Translations under genes and position numbers: made by a program
In this document: in pieces, positions 42,147 through 55,300 of the stretch
Position numbering within the stretch: position 1 is the first letter of the stretch
How the letters are laid out: each line of letters opens with the position of its first letter
The notes under the pieces: model-generated
Databases searched by the model: none
What the model was told of the DNA's origin: nothing
Seen by the model: the letters and a program-made list of their open reading frames with translations, nothing else
Assembly (NCBI GenBank): GCA_009914755.4
Contig: CP086569.2
Coordinates: 1,696,001 to 1,760,000, forward strand
Direction of reading: 5' to 3'
Source of the DNA: the human T2T-CHM13v2.0 reference genome, Homo sapiens
Length of the DNA stretch: 64,000 bases

Positions 42147-42430
42147 TCCCACAACACATGGGAATCATGGGAGCTACAATTCAAGATGAGATTTGGGTGG
42201 GGACACCACAACACATGGGAATCATGGGAGATGCAATTCAAGATGAGATTTGGTTGGGGACACCACAATACATGGGAATCATGGGAGATACAATTCAAGA
42301 TGAGATTTGGTTGGGGACACCACAATACATGGGAATCATGGGAGATACAATTCAAGATGAGATTTGGTTGGGGACACCACAATACATGGGAATCATGGGA
42401 GATACAATTCAAGATGAGATTTGAGTAGGG
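42147..42430. repeat. Tandem array, 57-bp unit x 5, derived from the 5' terminus of the THE1/MST LTR
   Basis: cacaa(c/t)acatgggaatcatgggag(c/a)t(a/g)caattcaagatgagatttgg(g/t)tggggacac iterated. The plus-strand ORF gives a repeating 19-aa unit, MGIMGATIQDEIWVGTPQH. Confidence 0.93.
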
Positions 42431-42879
42431 ACACAGCCAAATCATATTAGAGTATAATTGGATTGTTTGTAACACAAAGGATAAATGCTTGAGGGCATGC
42501 AAGCTCCATTCTCCACGATGTGATTATGAAGCATTGCATGCTTGTATCAAAACATCCTCTCTGCACGGTGCATTGAACATGAATTATGCCATGTTGACTG
42601 TGTGTGATATCTGATGTATACAAAAACGGAGGTCAAGGCCCAAACACTGGGAGCACCAATGTCCAAGAGCATGAGAAGCTGGAGGTCCCGGTTCCAGGTA
42701 AGGAAAAGAGAATATAGTCTCCCTTCATCTGCATTTTCATTCTCTGCAAATCCCTCAGTGGAGAGGACAGTACCCATCCCCATTGGTGAGGGTGGTCTTT
42801 ACTCAGTCTACCTATTGAAATGCTCATCTCTTCCCAAAACACCCTCGCAGACACACCCAGTCTGGGTGTGAAAAATGGG

Positions 42880-43100
42880 AGTTGAACAATGAGAACACAT
42901 GGACACAGGGAGGGGAACATCACACACCAGGGCCTGCCGGGGGGTGGGGGGATAGGGGAGGGAGAGCATTAGGAGAAATACCTAATGTAGATGACAGGTT
43001 GATGGGTGCAGCAAACCACCATGGCACATGTATACCTGTGTAACAAACCTGCACGTTTTGCCCATGTACCCCAGAACTTAAAGCATAATAATAATAAAAT
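42880..43100 (+). mobile_element. LINE-1 (younger L1PA-like) extreme 3' end fragment, nested in the old L1 3' UTR
   Basis: gggagttgaacaatgagaacacatggacacagggaggggaacatcacacaccagggcctgccggggggtggggggataggggagggagagcattaggagaaatacctaatgtagatgacaggttgatgggtgcagcaaaccaccatggcacatgtatacctgtgtaacaaacctgcacgttttgcccatgtaccccagaacttaaagcataataataataaaat. Confidence 0.92.
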
Positions 43101-43664
43101 CTCACGCACCCTAAATATATACAACCTACTATATATCCACACAACATATACATAAATATATACACCTACCATGTACCCACAAAAGATAAAAATTTTAAAA
43201 CACAAAGAGAAAGGAAACAGTGAAAATCAACAGACAGAGGTAAGAGACAACCTCCTATTCAGTGTTGCCGTGGTTCAGTAGAAAAATCCGTCTCACTTCA
43301 GGGCTGGAGAGACCCTCAGGGTCATCCATCATAGCCCACGGAGGTGCCATAAAAAATAATACTCAGGGATCTTCATCTTCAATAAATAAAGACTCTCTTT
43401 ACCTTTCCGAGGTTGTAAAGAATCTTCAATGGACCGTGCCTTTCTCTTGGAAGTATCTTGGGTCTTCGCTGTCGAATTCCTAGGTCATGGAAGAAATTGT
43501 GTGAAAGGTAGAAGGTAAATTTTATTCTGGAATATAGGGTCCAGGAAAGGGGCTGGGGGCCTCATGAATCATCTGAAATTAGGTGCAAAACTTTGCACGT
43601 ATGAGTATGTCTGCACCATGTCTAGATGGAGGGCTCTGAGCTTTCATCACATGTGGAAAGAGGT

Positions 43665-44575
43665 CTCAGAAAGCAAGCAAGAAAGAAAGCAAGCAAGAGT
43701 GAAAGAGGGGGTAGGGAGGGAAGGAGGAGGATGGGGGAGGAGCGAAAGAAACAGAAAGAAAGAAGGGAAAAAGAAAGAAAAAGAAGAAAGAAGGAAGGAA
43801 AGAAAGAAAGAAAGCAAGAAAGAAAGAGAAAAGAAAAGAAAGAAAGGAAGGAGGGAAGGAGGGAAAGAAGGAAGGAAAGAAGGAAAGAAGGAAGGAAGAG
43901 ACAAAAGAAAAAAGGAAGGAAGGTAAAGAAAAAGAGAAAAGGAAAGAAGGAAGGAAAAGAGGAAACAAAAAAGGAAGGAAGGAAAGAAGGAAAAGCAAAA
44001 GAGGAAGGAAAAGAAAAGGAAGGAAGGAAAGAAAAGGAAAAGAGGGAAGGAAGGAAGAGAGGAAACATAAAAGGAAGGAAGGAAAGAAGGAAAAGAAAAA
44101 GAGGGAAGGAAGGAAGGAAAAGAGGAAACATAAAAGGAAGGAAGGAAAGAAGGAAAATAAGAGGAAGGAAGGAAGGAAAGAAGGAGTGAAGGAGGGAGGG
44201 AGGGAAGGAGGAAGGGAGGGAAGGAAGGAAGGAAGGAGCGAGAGAAGGAAGGAAGGAGCGAGAGAAGGAAGGAAGGACAGAGCAAGAGAAGGAAGGAAGG
44301 AGCGAGAGAAGGAAGGAAGGACAGAGCAAGAGAAGGAAGGAAGGAGCGAGAGAAGGAAGGAAGGAGCGAGAGAAGGAAGGAAGGACAGAGCAAGAGAAGG
44401 AAGGAAGGAGCGAGAGAAGGAAGGAAGGAGCGAGAGAAGGAAGGAAGGACAGAGCAAGAGAAGGAAGGAAGGAGCGAGAGAAGGAAGGAAGGAATGAAGG
44501 AATGAAGGAAGGAAGGAAGGAAGGGAGGCAAGGAGGGAAGGGAAGGGAAGGAAGGGATGGCGAAAGAAACAGAGA
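43665..44575. repeat. Long (GGAA)n/(GAAA)n-based purine microsatellite (~0.9 kb) with higher-order structure: a ~57-bp unit x 3 at 43900-44160 and a 64-bp unit x ~4 at 44230-44500
   Basis: ...gaggaaacataaaaggaaggaaggaaagaaggaaaa x3; ggaaggaaggagcgagagaa ggaaggaaggagcgagagaa ggaaggaaggacagagcaagagaa iterated. The 331-aa minus-strand ORF is composed of S/L/F/P repeats. Confidence 0.95.
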
Positions 44576-45180
44576 AATAAAAAGAAAGAGAAAATTTGAG
44601 GCTTCATAGAGAAGCAAGGGACTCTTGTCTGACCTTGGACCATGGGCTGATGTAAATATGGCTTCTCCCTTTCTTTCTCACAGGCAAATACGGCTGATTT
44701 CCCAGATGTTAGATTCCACTTCGGATTAAGGGCTGTTTCCTAGTAGCCTGTTGTGAAAATACAATCCACAGAGTGTAAATGAGCAAATTTTTAGAGTTTT
44801 CCTAAAGATCCCTACTTGTTATTTTACTAACAACTCCTGCTCCAAAGCACTGCTTGGCGAATCTCATGAAGTTCAGCTGGATCTGAAAGCAACTGAAATT
44901 CCCACAGTTTGGGGAAAAGGGGCTGTTATCAGGGCGTTGTGGGTTTCGTACATAGTCGGGATAGATGCAATTATGGCATCCCGATTACTTGTTATCCATT
45001 ACAGTTAGTTCAGCATCGTGACTAACGATTGATTTAGTGTTCAGTATGGTATTTGGTTAGCAACACTGTGTGCAGTAAGTTGTAAATACTGCTTTCAGCA
45101 TGATTTGGGCTAAAAGGATGTAGTCACTGTTTTCCAATTCAAATACAAATCACAAAAATGTGACCTCAGCATGGTGTTGA

Positions 45181-45449
<269 letters not shown>

Positions 45450-45567
45450 TAATATTATTATTTATGTAAGTAATTTGTGAACATATCCAACTTTGAAATG
45501 TGTAATATTATATAAAGTTAAGCACCTCTTTTTTTGTCACCAGACAATGTCGTCATTCAGTAGGAAA

Positions 45568-45850
45568 TGCTATTTTGAGATGTGTGTGCATGTGTGTGCG
45601 TGTGTACACACACAGTTTGTACACATAGATGTGTATACACTCAAACTGCGCATATGATATGTGTGTCTACAAATACATATTACTAACTCTATACGTCTGT
45701 ATATATTTTTCTGTACATGTGAGACATATATAATATATATAATTATTAATAAGTGCTTATAGCAACATAGATTGCTTTTGTAAGTTTTGTAGATAAATTG
45801 TATCATATGGAGTATTTCGCAACTTGAATTATTTTTACTCCATAATATAT
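45568..45850. repeat. TG/TA-rich 285-bp segment duplicated at 52669-52960 (~95% identity), including a (TG)n/(CA)n core
   Basis: ggaaatgctattttgagatgtgtgtgcatgtgtgtgcgtgtgtacacacacagtttgtacacatagatgtgtatacactcaaactgcgcatatgatatgtgtgtctacaaatacatattactaactctatacgtctgtatatatttttctgtacatgtgagacatatataatatatataattattaataagtgcttatagcaacatagattgcttttgtaagttttgtagataaattgtatcatatggagtatttcgcaacttgaattatttttactccataat is matched nearly base-for-base at 52669-52960. Confidence 0.9.
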
Positions 45851-45987
45851 TTGCAATCTCAATACGTTGAACAAGTTGACCTGGTTGATTCTGTGGTTCT
45901 TCACACATTTCTGTTTAATGATGGTACAGGGAATTGAACACTGACCTCTTACATCATCCTCAAACAGTTTTACTTTTACTGTTGTAG

Positions 45988-46500
<513 letters not shown>

Positions 46501-46521
46501 TAATTCTATTTTTCTTTATTA

Positions 46522-46677
<156 letters not shown>

Positions 46678-47059
46678 CTATTGATCTCACTTACCCCACA
46701 GAACAGTCCTGACTTCCTTCCTAGCTGCAGGAGGGAAATTGTGGAGAGCAGCCGTCTCCCATCCTTGGAGCTGTTTCCCTAAGTAAATCATGAGGCCACT
46801 TTTGCAGGAAATCCACACGCTGCCGGGAAGAGCTGATACAACTAAATTGAGAAAGCTCTTGGCTTCTGGTGACTCACAGCTGACTGACTGTTCCTTCCCC
46901 CTGAGCAATGAAGGTGAGTGCGGTGGGTGCTGTCCCGCTGGAATCACACAGTAGTGTCTGCCAGACACAGAGATGGAAGGGCGGATTGCTTCAGGAGCTT
47001 CCTGGGGTTCCTGCAAAAAAATGCCATAAATTCGGTGGCTAACACTACAAGAATCTATG

Positions 47060-48080
47060 CTCTCCCAGTCCTGGAAGCTGGTAGTCTCAGATCAAGGTAT
47101 CTCAAGGACATGCTCCCTCCAGAGACTCTAGGGGAGGGTCCTTTCTGCCTCTGCCAGCTCCTGGGGGCTCCAGGTGTCCCTGGGCTTGTGGGTGCGTCAC
47201 TTTAGTCTCTGCCTCTGTCTCCACATGGCCTTCTCCTCTGTGTCTGTCTCCTTTCTGTCTCTTAGAAGGACATCTGTCATTGATTTAGGGACCACACAGA
47301 TAATTCAGGATGATCTCATCTTAAGGTCCTTTATTTAGTTACATCTGCAAACACCCCTTTTTCAAATAAGGTCTCAGTCACAGATTCTGAGGATCAGGAC
47401 ATGGACATACCTTTTTGGGGGATCACAGTTCAATCTACTTCACTTGTATCCAGTTCCCTCCAGAGGCTCTCAGGGAGGGTCCTTCCTGCCTCTCCCAGCT
47501 CCTGGGGGCTCCAGGTGTCCCTGTGCTTGTGGCCACATCACTCCAGTCTCTGCCTCCATCTCCATGCGGCCTTACCCTCTGTGTCTGTTCTCCTCCTCTG
47601 TCTGTTATAGAGACAGCAATGATTGGATTCATGGTCCATCTAATGCAGGATGATCTCATCTTAAAATATTTTACTACTTGCATCTGCAAGGATCTTATTT
47701 CAAAGTAAGCTCCCATTCACAAGTTCTGGGGGTGAGGGTGTGGACATATCTTTCTGGTGGACAATAGTTGAATTCATTACAATTTCATTTAGCCTTCTCT
47801 AGAGGCTCTAGGGGAGGGTCCTTCCTGCCTCTCCCAGCTCCTGGGGGCTCCAGGCATCCCTGGGCTTGTGGCCGCATCACTCCAGTCTCTGCCTCCGTCT
47901 CCATGTGGCCTCATCCTCTGTGTCTCCTCTTCTGTCTTTTAGAAGGACATCTGTCGTTGTATTTAGGACCCACCCTAATCCAGGATGATCTCATCTTAAG
48001 TTAGTTTCACCTGCAAAAAAAAAAAAAAAATTGTTTCCAAACAGGGTTTCACTCGTAGGTACTGGGACTCAGGATTTGCA
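47060..48080 (-). repeat. Second head-to-tail array of 3 copies of the same ~340-bp ERVL-type LTR-derived unit seen at 22.3-23.7 kb. Again copy 1 carries the LTR terminus and copies 2 and 3 restart internally.
   Basis: ctc(c/t)agag(a/g)ctct(a/c)(g/a)gggagggtcc(t/c)ttc(c/t)tgcctct(g/c)ccagctcctgggggctccagg occurs at 47117, 47458 and 47795 (period ~340). Copy 1 begins ctctcccagtcctggaagctggtagtctcagatcaaggtatctc. Confidence 0.75.
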
Positions 48081-49006
48081 CCCCTTCTGTTTGCCACGAT
48101 CCTTTATCTCTTCAGCATCCAGCAGCCTGCTGCACACTGCTGTGGACTAATAAAGGCATGAGGGAGACGATCGGAGAAAGAGAATACGGCAGAAGTGTGA
48201 GTCAGACTCCGGGGGCGATGGAACGGTGGAGATGCAGAAATGCAAATTTGCAAATTCGTGTACCCATTTGCTTTGCCCTGGAGCCCAGCGCAGAGCTGGG
48301 GAAGGCAGCTCCGCGGAAGGCAGAGCCCTGCTCTGCCTGGGGTGAGCTCATGGAAGCATTCCAGAAAACAGTGATTAGGCACCTACTGTGTATCAGGCAC
48401 CATGGAGGTCCTCAGAACGCAAGAGTGAGCCAAGTGCGTCCACAGGCTGAGAAGGTAGATGATGGCAAAGGGCGTCAACACCTCTGGGCTGGGGACAGGC
48501 TTAAAATTGGGGAAGAGACTCAGGGGGCCTTGAGCATCATCTGGTATCACACAGGCACCCTAGAGAGAGAAGGTGAGTTGGAGATGTTTCTCATTTAGAA
48601 AAATAAACTGAGGTCTCTCGGCCAGCACGCATTTAATTTTACATAAACATGTTCCATCATAAATCTAACTGATTTTCAACATGAACGTAAAATATAAAAC
48701 CTGCTCTAGGATTTATTTCTAAAAAGACGTTACATCAGAATCGCCTGAATCATCAGACTCATCTGGTTTGGAAAAATTGGATTCATCCAACAAACCTTCA
48801 GCCAACAACTGTTGTAGAACGATGTTAATATCACATGCGGCAATGATATGTTTTCTAGGATTCGACATTTTCAGCGATCGAGAATGATTATATTTCAAAT
48901 GGAAATACCACTATTAAGACAGAATGGTATAAATAGGATGACGTCTTCCGTTTCCAAAGTTGACATATTAGAATGATGAGAAAATAATCATAAAAATGAG
49001 ATACTG

Positions 49007-49296
49007 AGGCTGAGCACGGTGGTCATCCCAGCACTTTGGGAAGCCGAGGTGGACGGATCACCTGAGGTCAGGAGTTCAAGACCAGCCTGGCCAAGACGGT
49101 GAAACCCCATCTCTACTAAAAATACAAAAATTAGCCCGACGTGGTGGCGGGCGCCTGTAATCCCAGCTACTGGGAAGGCTGAGGCAGGTGAATTGCTTGA
49201 ACCCAGGAGGCGGAGGTTGCAGGGAGCCGAGATCACAACCATTGCACTCCAGCCTGGGTGACAGAGCGAGGATCCATCTCAAAAAAAACAAAAGAT
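49007..49296 (+). mobile_element. Alu SINE (small 5' internal deletion)
   Basis: ggctgagcacggtggtcatcccagcactttgggaagccgaggtggacggatcacctgagg...gagcgaggatccatctc then poly-A. Confidence 0.9.
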
Positions 49297-49908
49297 ACGT
49301 GTGGCAGTGTTATCTCAGAGTAAATGCTGCTGCCACAAGTACAGCCCGTGAGTATTCTCGGGGCAAACAGGAAGAGGGTTGAAGCTAGAGAGACACTCGC
49401 TCTTCCCACCACCTCTTAATGTCCTATTTGTGCTTCAAGGACACTCGGTCCCTTGTTATATCCATAAATCCCTTCTCCTCCCAGCCCAGCAGTGAGGGCC
49501 CCATTGCCCATTACCTATCTATAGGGAACCAGCCCTGCAGGCATGCAGAGACCCCTGAGACAGTCTTCCTCATGTCCCCTCATCATAGCCCCAAAAGCTA
49601 ACACCCAGGGATGGGCTGTAACCCGCTTGAGGTTAGAAGGTCACTGACGTTACAGGAGTCCGCACTGACACCCAGGGGCCCTGACTCCTGGCACGCTGGA
49701 TATTGTTGAGAGGCAGAGGCTGCTCTGGGACACACCTGTTCTTACCTGGTCCCCAGGATCCGGGTCTTTTGAACAGGGCTGCTTTGCACGATACCCTCAG
49801 GTACCTGCCTCCCACGGCTCTGTCCTTCTCAGATGGCTCAGGGCTGTGGTTCCTGGGAAAAGCTTCGGGATGAGGTTTCCTGCCATGTTTCCCCATGGGT
49901 CAGAATAA

Positions 49909-50328
<420 letters not shown>

Positions 50329-50385
50329 GTCCTAGGTATGTTCGTTTAACAATACCGTAGGGTATACTTAAATATTTGTTAGGCT

Positions 50386-51476
50386 CAATTCCTGGTGGCT
50401 TAGTCATTCTGCCCTGGGGATTGTCCTTGCTTCACACTGGTTCCAGAAACTCCTCACGGCCCCCACAATGAATTCCTGGTGGCTTAGTCATTCTGCCCTG
50501 GGGATTGTCCTTGCTTCACACTGGTTCCAGAAACTTCTCATCACCCCCACAATGAATTCCTGGTGGCTTAGTCATTCTGCCCTGGGGATTGTCCTTGCTT
50601 CACACTGGTTCCAGAAACTTCTCACCGTCCCCACAATGAATTCCTGGTGGCTTAGTCATTCTGCCCTGGGGATTGTCCTTGCTTCACACTGGTTCCAGAA
50701 ACTTCTCATCACCCCCACAATGAATTCCTGGTGGCTTAGTCATTCTGCCCTGGGGATTGTCCTTGCTTCACACTGGTTCCAGAAACTTCTCATCACCCCC
50801 ACAATGAATTCCTGGTGGCTTAGTCATTCTGCCCTGGGGATTGTCCTTGCTTCACACTGGTTCCAGAAACTCCTCACGGCCCCCACAATGAATTCCTGGT
50901 GGCTTAGTCATTCTGCCCTGGGGATTGTCCTTGCTTCACACTGGTTCCAGAAACTTCTCACCGTCCCCACAATGAATTCCTGGTGGCTTAGTCATTCTGC
51001 CCTGGGGATTGTCCTTGCTTCACACTGGTTCCAGAAACTTCTCATCACCCCCACAATGAATTCCTGGTGGCTTAGTCATTCTGCCCTGGGGATTGTCCTT
51101 GCTTCACACTGGTTCCAGAAACTTCTCACCGTCCCCACAATGAATTCCTGGTGGCTTAGTCATTCTGCCCTGGGGATTGTCCTTGCTTCACACTGGTTCC
51201 AGAAACTTCTCACCGTCCCCACAATGAATTCCTGGTGGCTTAGTCATTCTGCCCTGGGGATTGTCCTTGCTTCACACTGGTTCCAGAAACTTCTCATCAC
51301 CCCCACAATGAATTCCTGGTGGCTTAGTCATTCTGCCCTGGGGATTGTCCTTGCTTCACACTGGTTCCAGAAACTTCTCACCGTCCCCACAATGAATTCC
51401 TGGTGGCTTAGTCATTCTGCCCTGGGGATTGTCCTTGCTTCACGCTGGTTCCAGAAACTTCTCATCGTCCCCACAA
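50386..51476. repeat. Minisatellite/VNTR, 84-bp unit x 13, with three unit variants
   Basis: aattcctggtggcttagtcattctgccctggggattgtccttgcttcacactggttccagaaac(t/c)(t/c)ctca(tcac/ccgt/cggc)ccccacaatg iterated. It yields plus-strand ORF 50468..51664 (398 aa) with a 28-aa repeat MNSWWLSHSALGIVLASHWFQKLL(I/T)(T/V/A)PT. Confidence 0.95.
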
Positions 51477-51659
51477 AGGGAGCAGATTACGTACAGCACG
51501 TGGTGGTTGACTCCGCAATGACACTCAGGTTTAGACGAATGAGGACAGCTTATCTCCTTATCGTCCCACTCCTCACTCCGGTTATCTGTACCCTTCTGTC
51601 TTTATATCCAGCTTTGCCTGTGCTGAGAAGCAGCCTCTCAAGGCCAGAAGTAAGAATAG

Positions 51660-52127
<468 letters not shown>

Positions 52128-52273
52128 CGTAAATCTCTTATATGAACTGTGAACAAACATCACCTAGGAGATGGGAAAAGACCCATCTCCCTTCAATATG
52201 CAGCCGTACAATCATAGAGAGGAGGCCCTGTTTCTGTTCCATTCATTCGGTTTTCATTTTATTGTATTAATCT

Positions 52274-53125
<852 letters not shown>

Positions 53126-53563
53126 CATTGTGTTTTCAAAAACCCTCCAACCTGTTGCTAATGACATTGTTGATGAAATACAATCGCTCAAATTATCCAA
53201 AATTATTTTCAACAGGGACACACTAGGAAAACACAGCTGTATTTACTTTCAGCATCTGCATTTATGCATTTCCCACCAAAAATCACATGATTACAGTCAG
53301 CACGCAACGCAACGATGTCAATTGTGCCGGGCTGTGGGATTGGGTGCACTGAGAATAGTGCAGTCAGTTGGAGTTGAGTCCTTCTGGCCCCTTCGGAACA
53401 GCACTGGAGAGAAGAAACATCACCAGGCTAAAATAAATACTTGGAGAGTCCAAAAGAAGGTGCATTTTGGACGGCTATATTTTTAACACGTTTTTGAAAA
53501 CTCACGCATGTAACAGAGTCTCAGGTGATCTGCCCTTGTGGTTCACACTTTTATCTCCTGTCA

Positions 53564-53670
53564 CTTGAACCTGGGAGGCGGAGGCTGCAGTGAGCCGAGG
53601 TTGTGCCACTGCACTCCAGCCTGGGTGACAGAGAGAGACTCTGTCTCAAAAACAAATAAATAAAACGAGA
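53564..53670 (+). mobile_element. Alu right-arm 3' fragment
   Basis: cacttgaacctgggaggcggaggctgcagtgagccgaggttgtgccactgcactccagcctgggtgacagagagagactctgtctcaaaaacaaataaataaaa. Confidence 0.88.
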
Positions 53671-54294
53671 ATGAATGGTTTCTAGGGCATGACTTTCCAG
53701 CTCCCTTAGATAGGCATTTGGGCAAGATTAAAGAAAAAAAAAAAGACAGAGCTTCGTCCTCACGTTAATGTGACCCTTCCATCAGATTGATGAAAAGTAA
53801 TGGCGGTTTTTGCCATTGCTTTTGTGAACCCTGAAAACGTCAGACAGGTGGCGGTAAGTTTAGAAAGTTTATTTTTTCAGGGTTGACGACGGGCACCTGT
53901 GACACACCCTCAGGAGGTCCCGATGACATGTACCCAAGGTGGTTGGGGCAAAACTTGGTTTTATACATTTTAGAAAGGCATGAGACATCAATCAACATAT
54001 GTAAGAAGTACATTGGTTCAGTCTGGGAAGGTGGGACGAGTTCAAACAAAGGCAGGAAGACTCTAAGCGGGAAGGGGGTTTCCAGATCACAGATAGATAA
54101 GAGACAAATGGCTGCGTTATTTTGAGTTTCTGATGAGCGTTTCTAAAGGAGGCAATCAGATTTGCATCTATCTGAGTGAGCAGAGGGGCAACTTTGAATA
54201 AAGTGGGAGGCAGGTTGGCCCTAAGCAGCTCCCAGCTTGAATGGAGACTGGAAGCAGGGAGGGGGATTCCAGGTCCAGAGAGATGAATGACTAC

Positions 54295-55022
54295 ATTCTT
54301 ATATATATATTATATATTTAGTGTGTGTATATATATATTTTATATATATATATATATATAAGTTCTAGGGTACATGTGCACAACGTGCAGGTTTGTTACA
54401 TAGGTATACATGTGCCATGTTGGTTTGCTGCACCCATTAACTCGTCATTTACATTAGGTATATCTCCTAATGCTCTCCCTCCCCCATCCCCCCCCCCCAA
54501 CGACAGGCCCCGGTGTGCGATGTTCCCCACTCTGTGTCCAAGTGTTCTCATTGTTCAATTCCCATCTATGAGTGAGAACGTGCAGTGTTTGGTTTTCTGT
54601 CCTTGCGATAGTTTGCTCAGAAAGATGGTTTCCAGCTTCATCCATGTCGGTACAAAGGACATGAATTCATCCTTTTTTATGGCTGCATAGTATTCCATGG
54701 TGTCTATGTGCCACGTTTTCTTAATCCATTCTATCATTGATGGACATTTGGGTTGGTTCCAAGTCTTTGCTATTGTGGACAGTGCTGCAATAAACATACA
54801 TGTGCATGTGTCTGTATAGTAGCATGATTTATAATCCTTTGGGTATATACCCAGTCATGGGATGGCTGGGTCAAATGGTATTTCTGGTTCTAGATCCTTG
54901 AGGAATGGCCACACTGTCTTCCACAATGGTTGAACTAGTTTACACTCCCACCAACAGTGCAAAAGCGTTCCTATTTCTCCACATCCTCTCCAGCACCTGT
55001 TGTTTCCTGACTTTTTAGTGAT
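54295..55022 (-). mobile_element. LINE-1 3' end fragment (ORF2 C-terminus plus 3' UTR), with a (TA)n tract at 54295-54360 in place of its poly-A tail
   Basis: (ta)n then agttctagggtacatgtgcacaacgtgcaggtttgttacataggtatacatgtgccatgttggtttgctgcacccattaactc. Minus-strand ORFs 54555..54797 ([32 protein letters not shown]) and 54855..55238 (...[50 protein letters not shown]) are L1 ORF2. Confidence 0.9.
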
Positions 55023-55300
55023 CGCCTGAATGGCTACATTCTTTTGAGTGTCTGATGACCCTTTCCAAAGGAGGCAACTAGATATGGCATCTGTCTCAGT
55101 GAGCACAGGGGTAACTTTGAATAAAATGGGAGGCAGGTTGGCCGTAAGCAGCTCCCAGCTTGAAGGGGCCCAAAGTACTTTCCTTTCACCCCTTTTAATG
55201 GGAAAAACTGCAGTGACTGTTGCACCAACCCAGTACATGTGGCGAATTAGCCTGCATGAGACCCATGGACGATGAGACTCTTTGAAAATAAGAATTTATG

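Larger units (their letters stand above)
41498..42450 (-). mobile_element. THE1/MST-type MaLR LTR (reverse orientation) nested in the old L1 3' UTR. It contains an Alu insertion and a 57-bp tandem expansion of its terminus. The LTR's own TSD is about gagtat.
   Basis: tgtattagtccgttttcatgctgctgataaagacataccc...gagacatacccgagactgggaaatttataaagaaaatgaggttccatggactcacagttccacatggctgaggaggcctcacagtcatggtggaaggagaaaggcacatcttacacggtggcaggcagaagacaatgagagcccagtgaaagcagtttcccctgataaaaccatcagatctcatgagacttattcac...cacaacacatgggaatcatgggagctacaattcaagatgagatttgggtggggacac...ggacacagccaaatcatatta. This is the reverse complement of the THE1/MST LTR from 3' end to 5' end. Flanks are aaaagagtatg on one side and gagtataattgg on the other. 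Confidence 0.85.
41300..42620 (+). mobile_element. Old LINE-1 (L1M/L1PB-like) 3' UTR. It is disrupted by a nested THE1/MST LTR (which itself contains an Alu), and a terminal piece reappears at 43100-43205 after a younger L1 3' fragment.
   Basis: 41395-41497 ...ccattctccatgatgtaattattcatacctagtattcgatagtacaacagggtgactattgtcaaaataatttaattgcacattttaagataactaaaagagtatg. 42451-42600 gagtataattggattgtttgtaacacaaaggataaatgcttgagggcatgcaagctccattctccacgatgtgattatgaagcattgcatgcttgtatcaaaacatc. 43100-43205 ...atatacacctaccatgtacccacaaaagataaaaattttaaaa. These are all stereotyped old-L1 3' UTR motifs. Confidence 0.65.

Noticed and set aside
42620-42880. Possible additional LTR fragment between the old L1 3' UTR and the young L1 3' end (atgtccaagagcatgagaagctggaggtcccggttccagg...)
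   Set aside because: Similarity to the ERVL/MaLR landmark motifs is too weak and short to support a call by eye. It is left unannotated.
43622-44617. Very long minus-strand ORFs (331, 325 and 294 aa) and plus-strand ORFs (187 and 103 aa) across 43.6-44.6 kb
   Set aside because: They are translations of a GGAA/GAAA purine microsatellite. The minus strand is CTTC/TTCC, giving S/L/F/P repeats. There is no start context and no complexity, and all three frames are open simultaneously, which is typical of simple repeats and not of genes.
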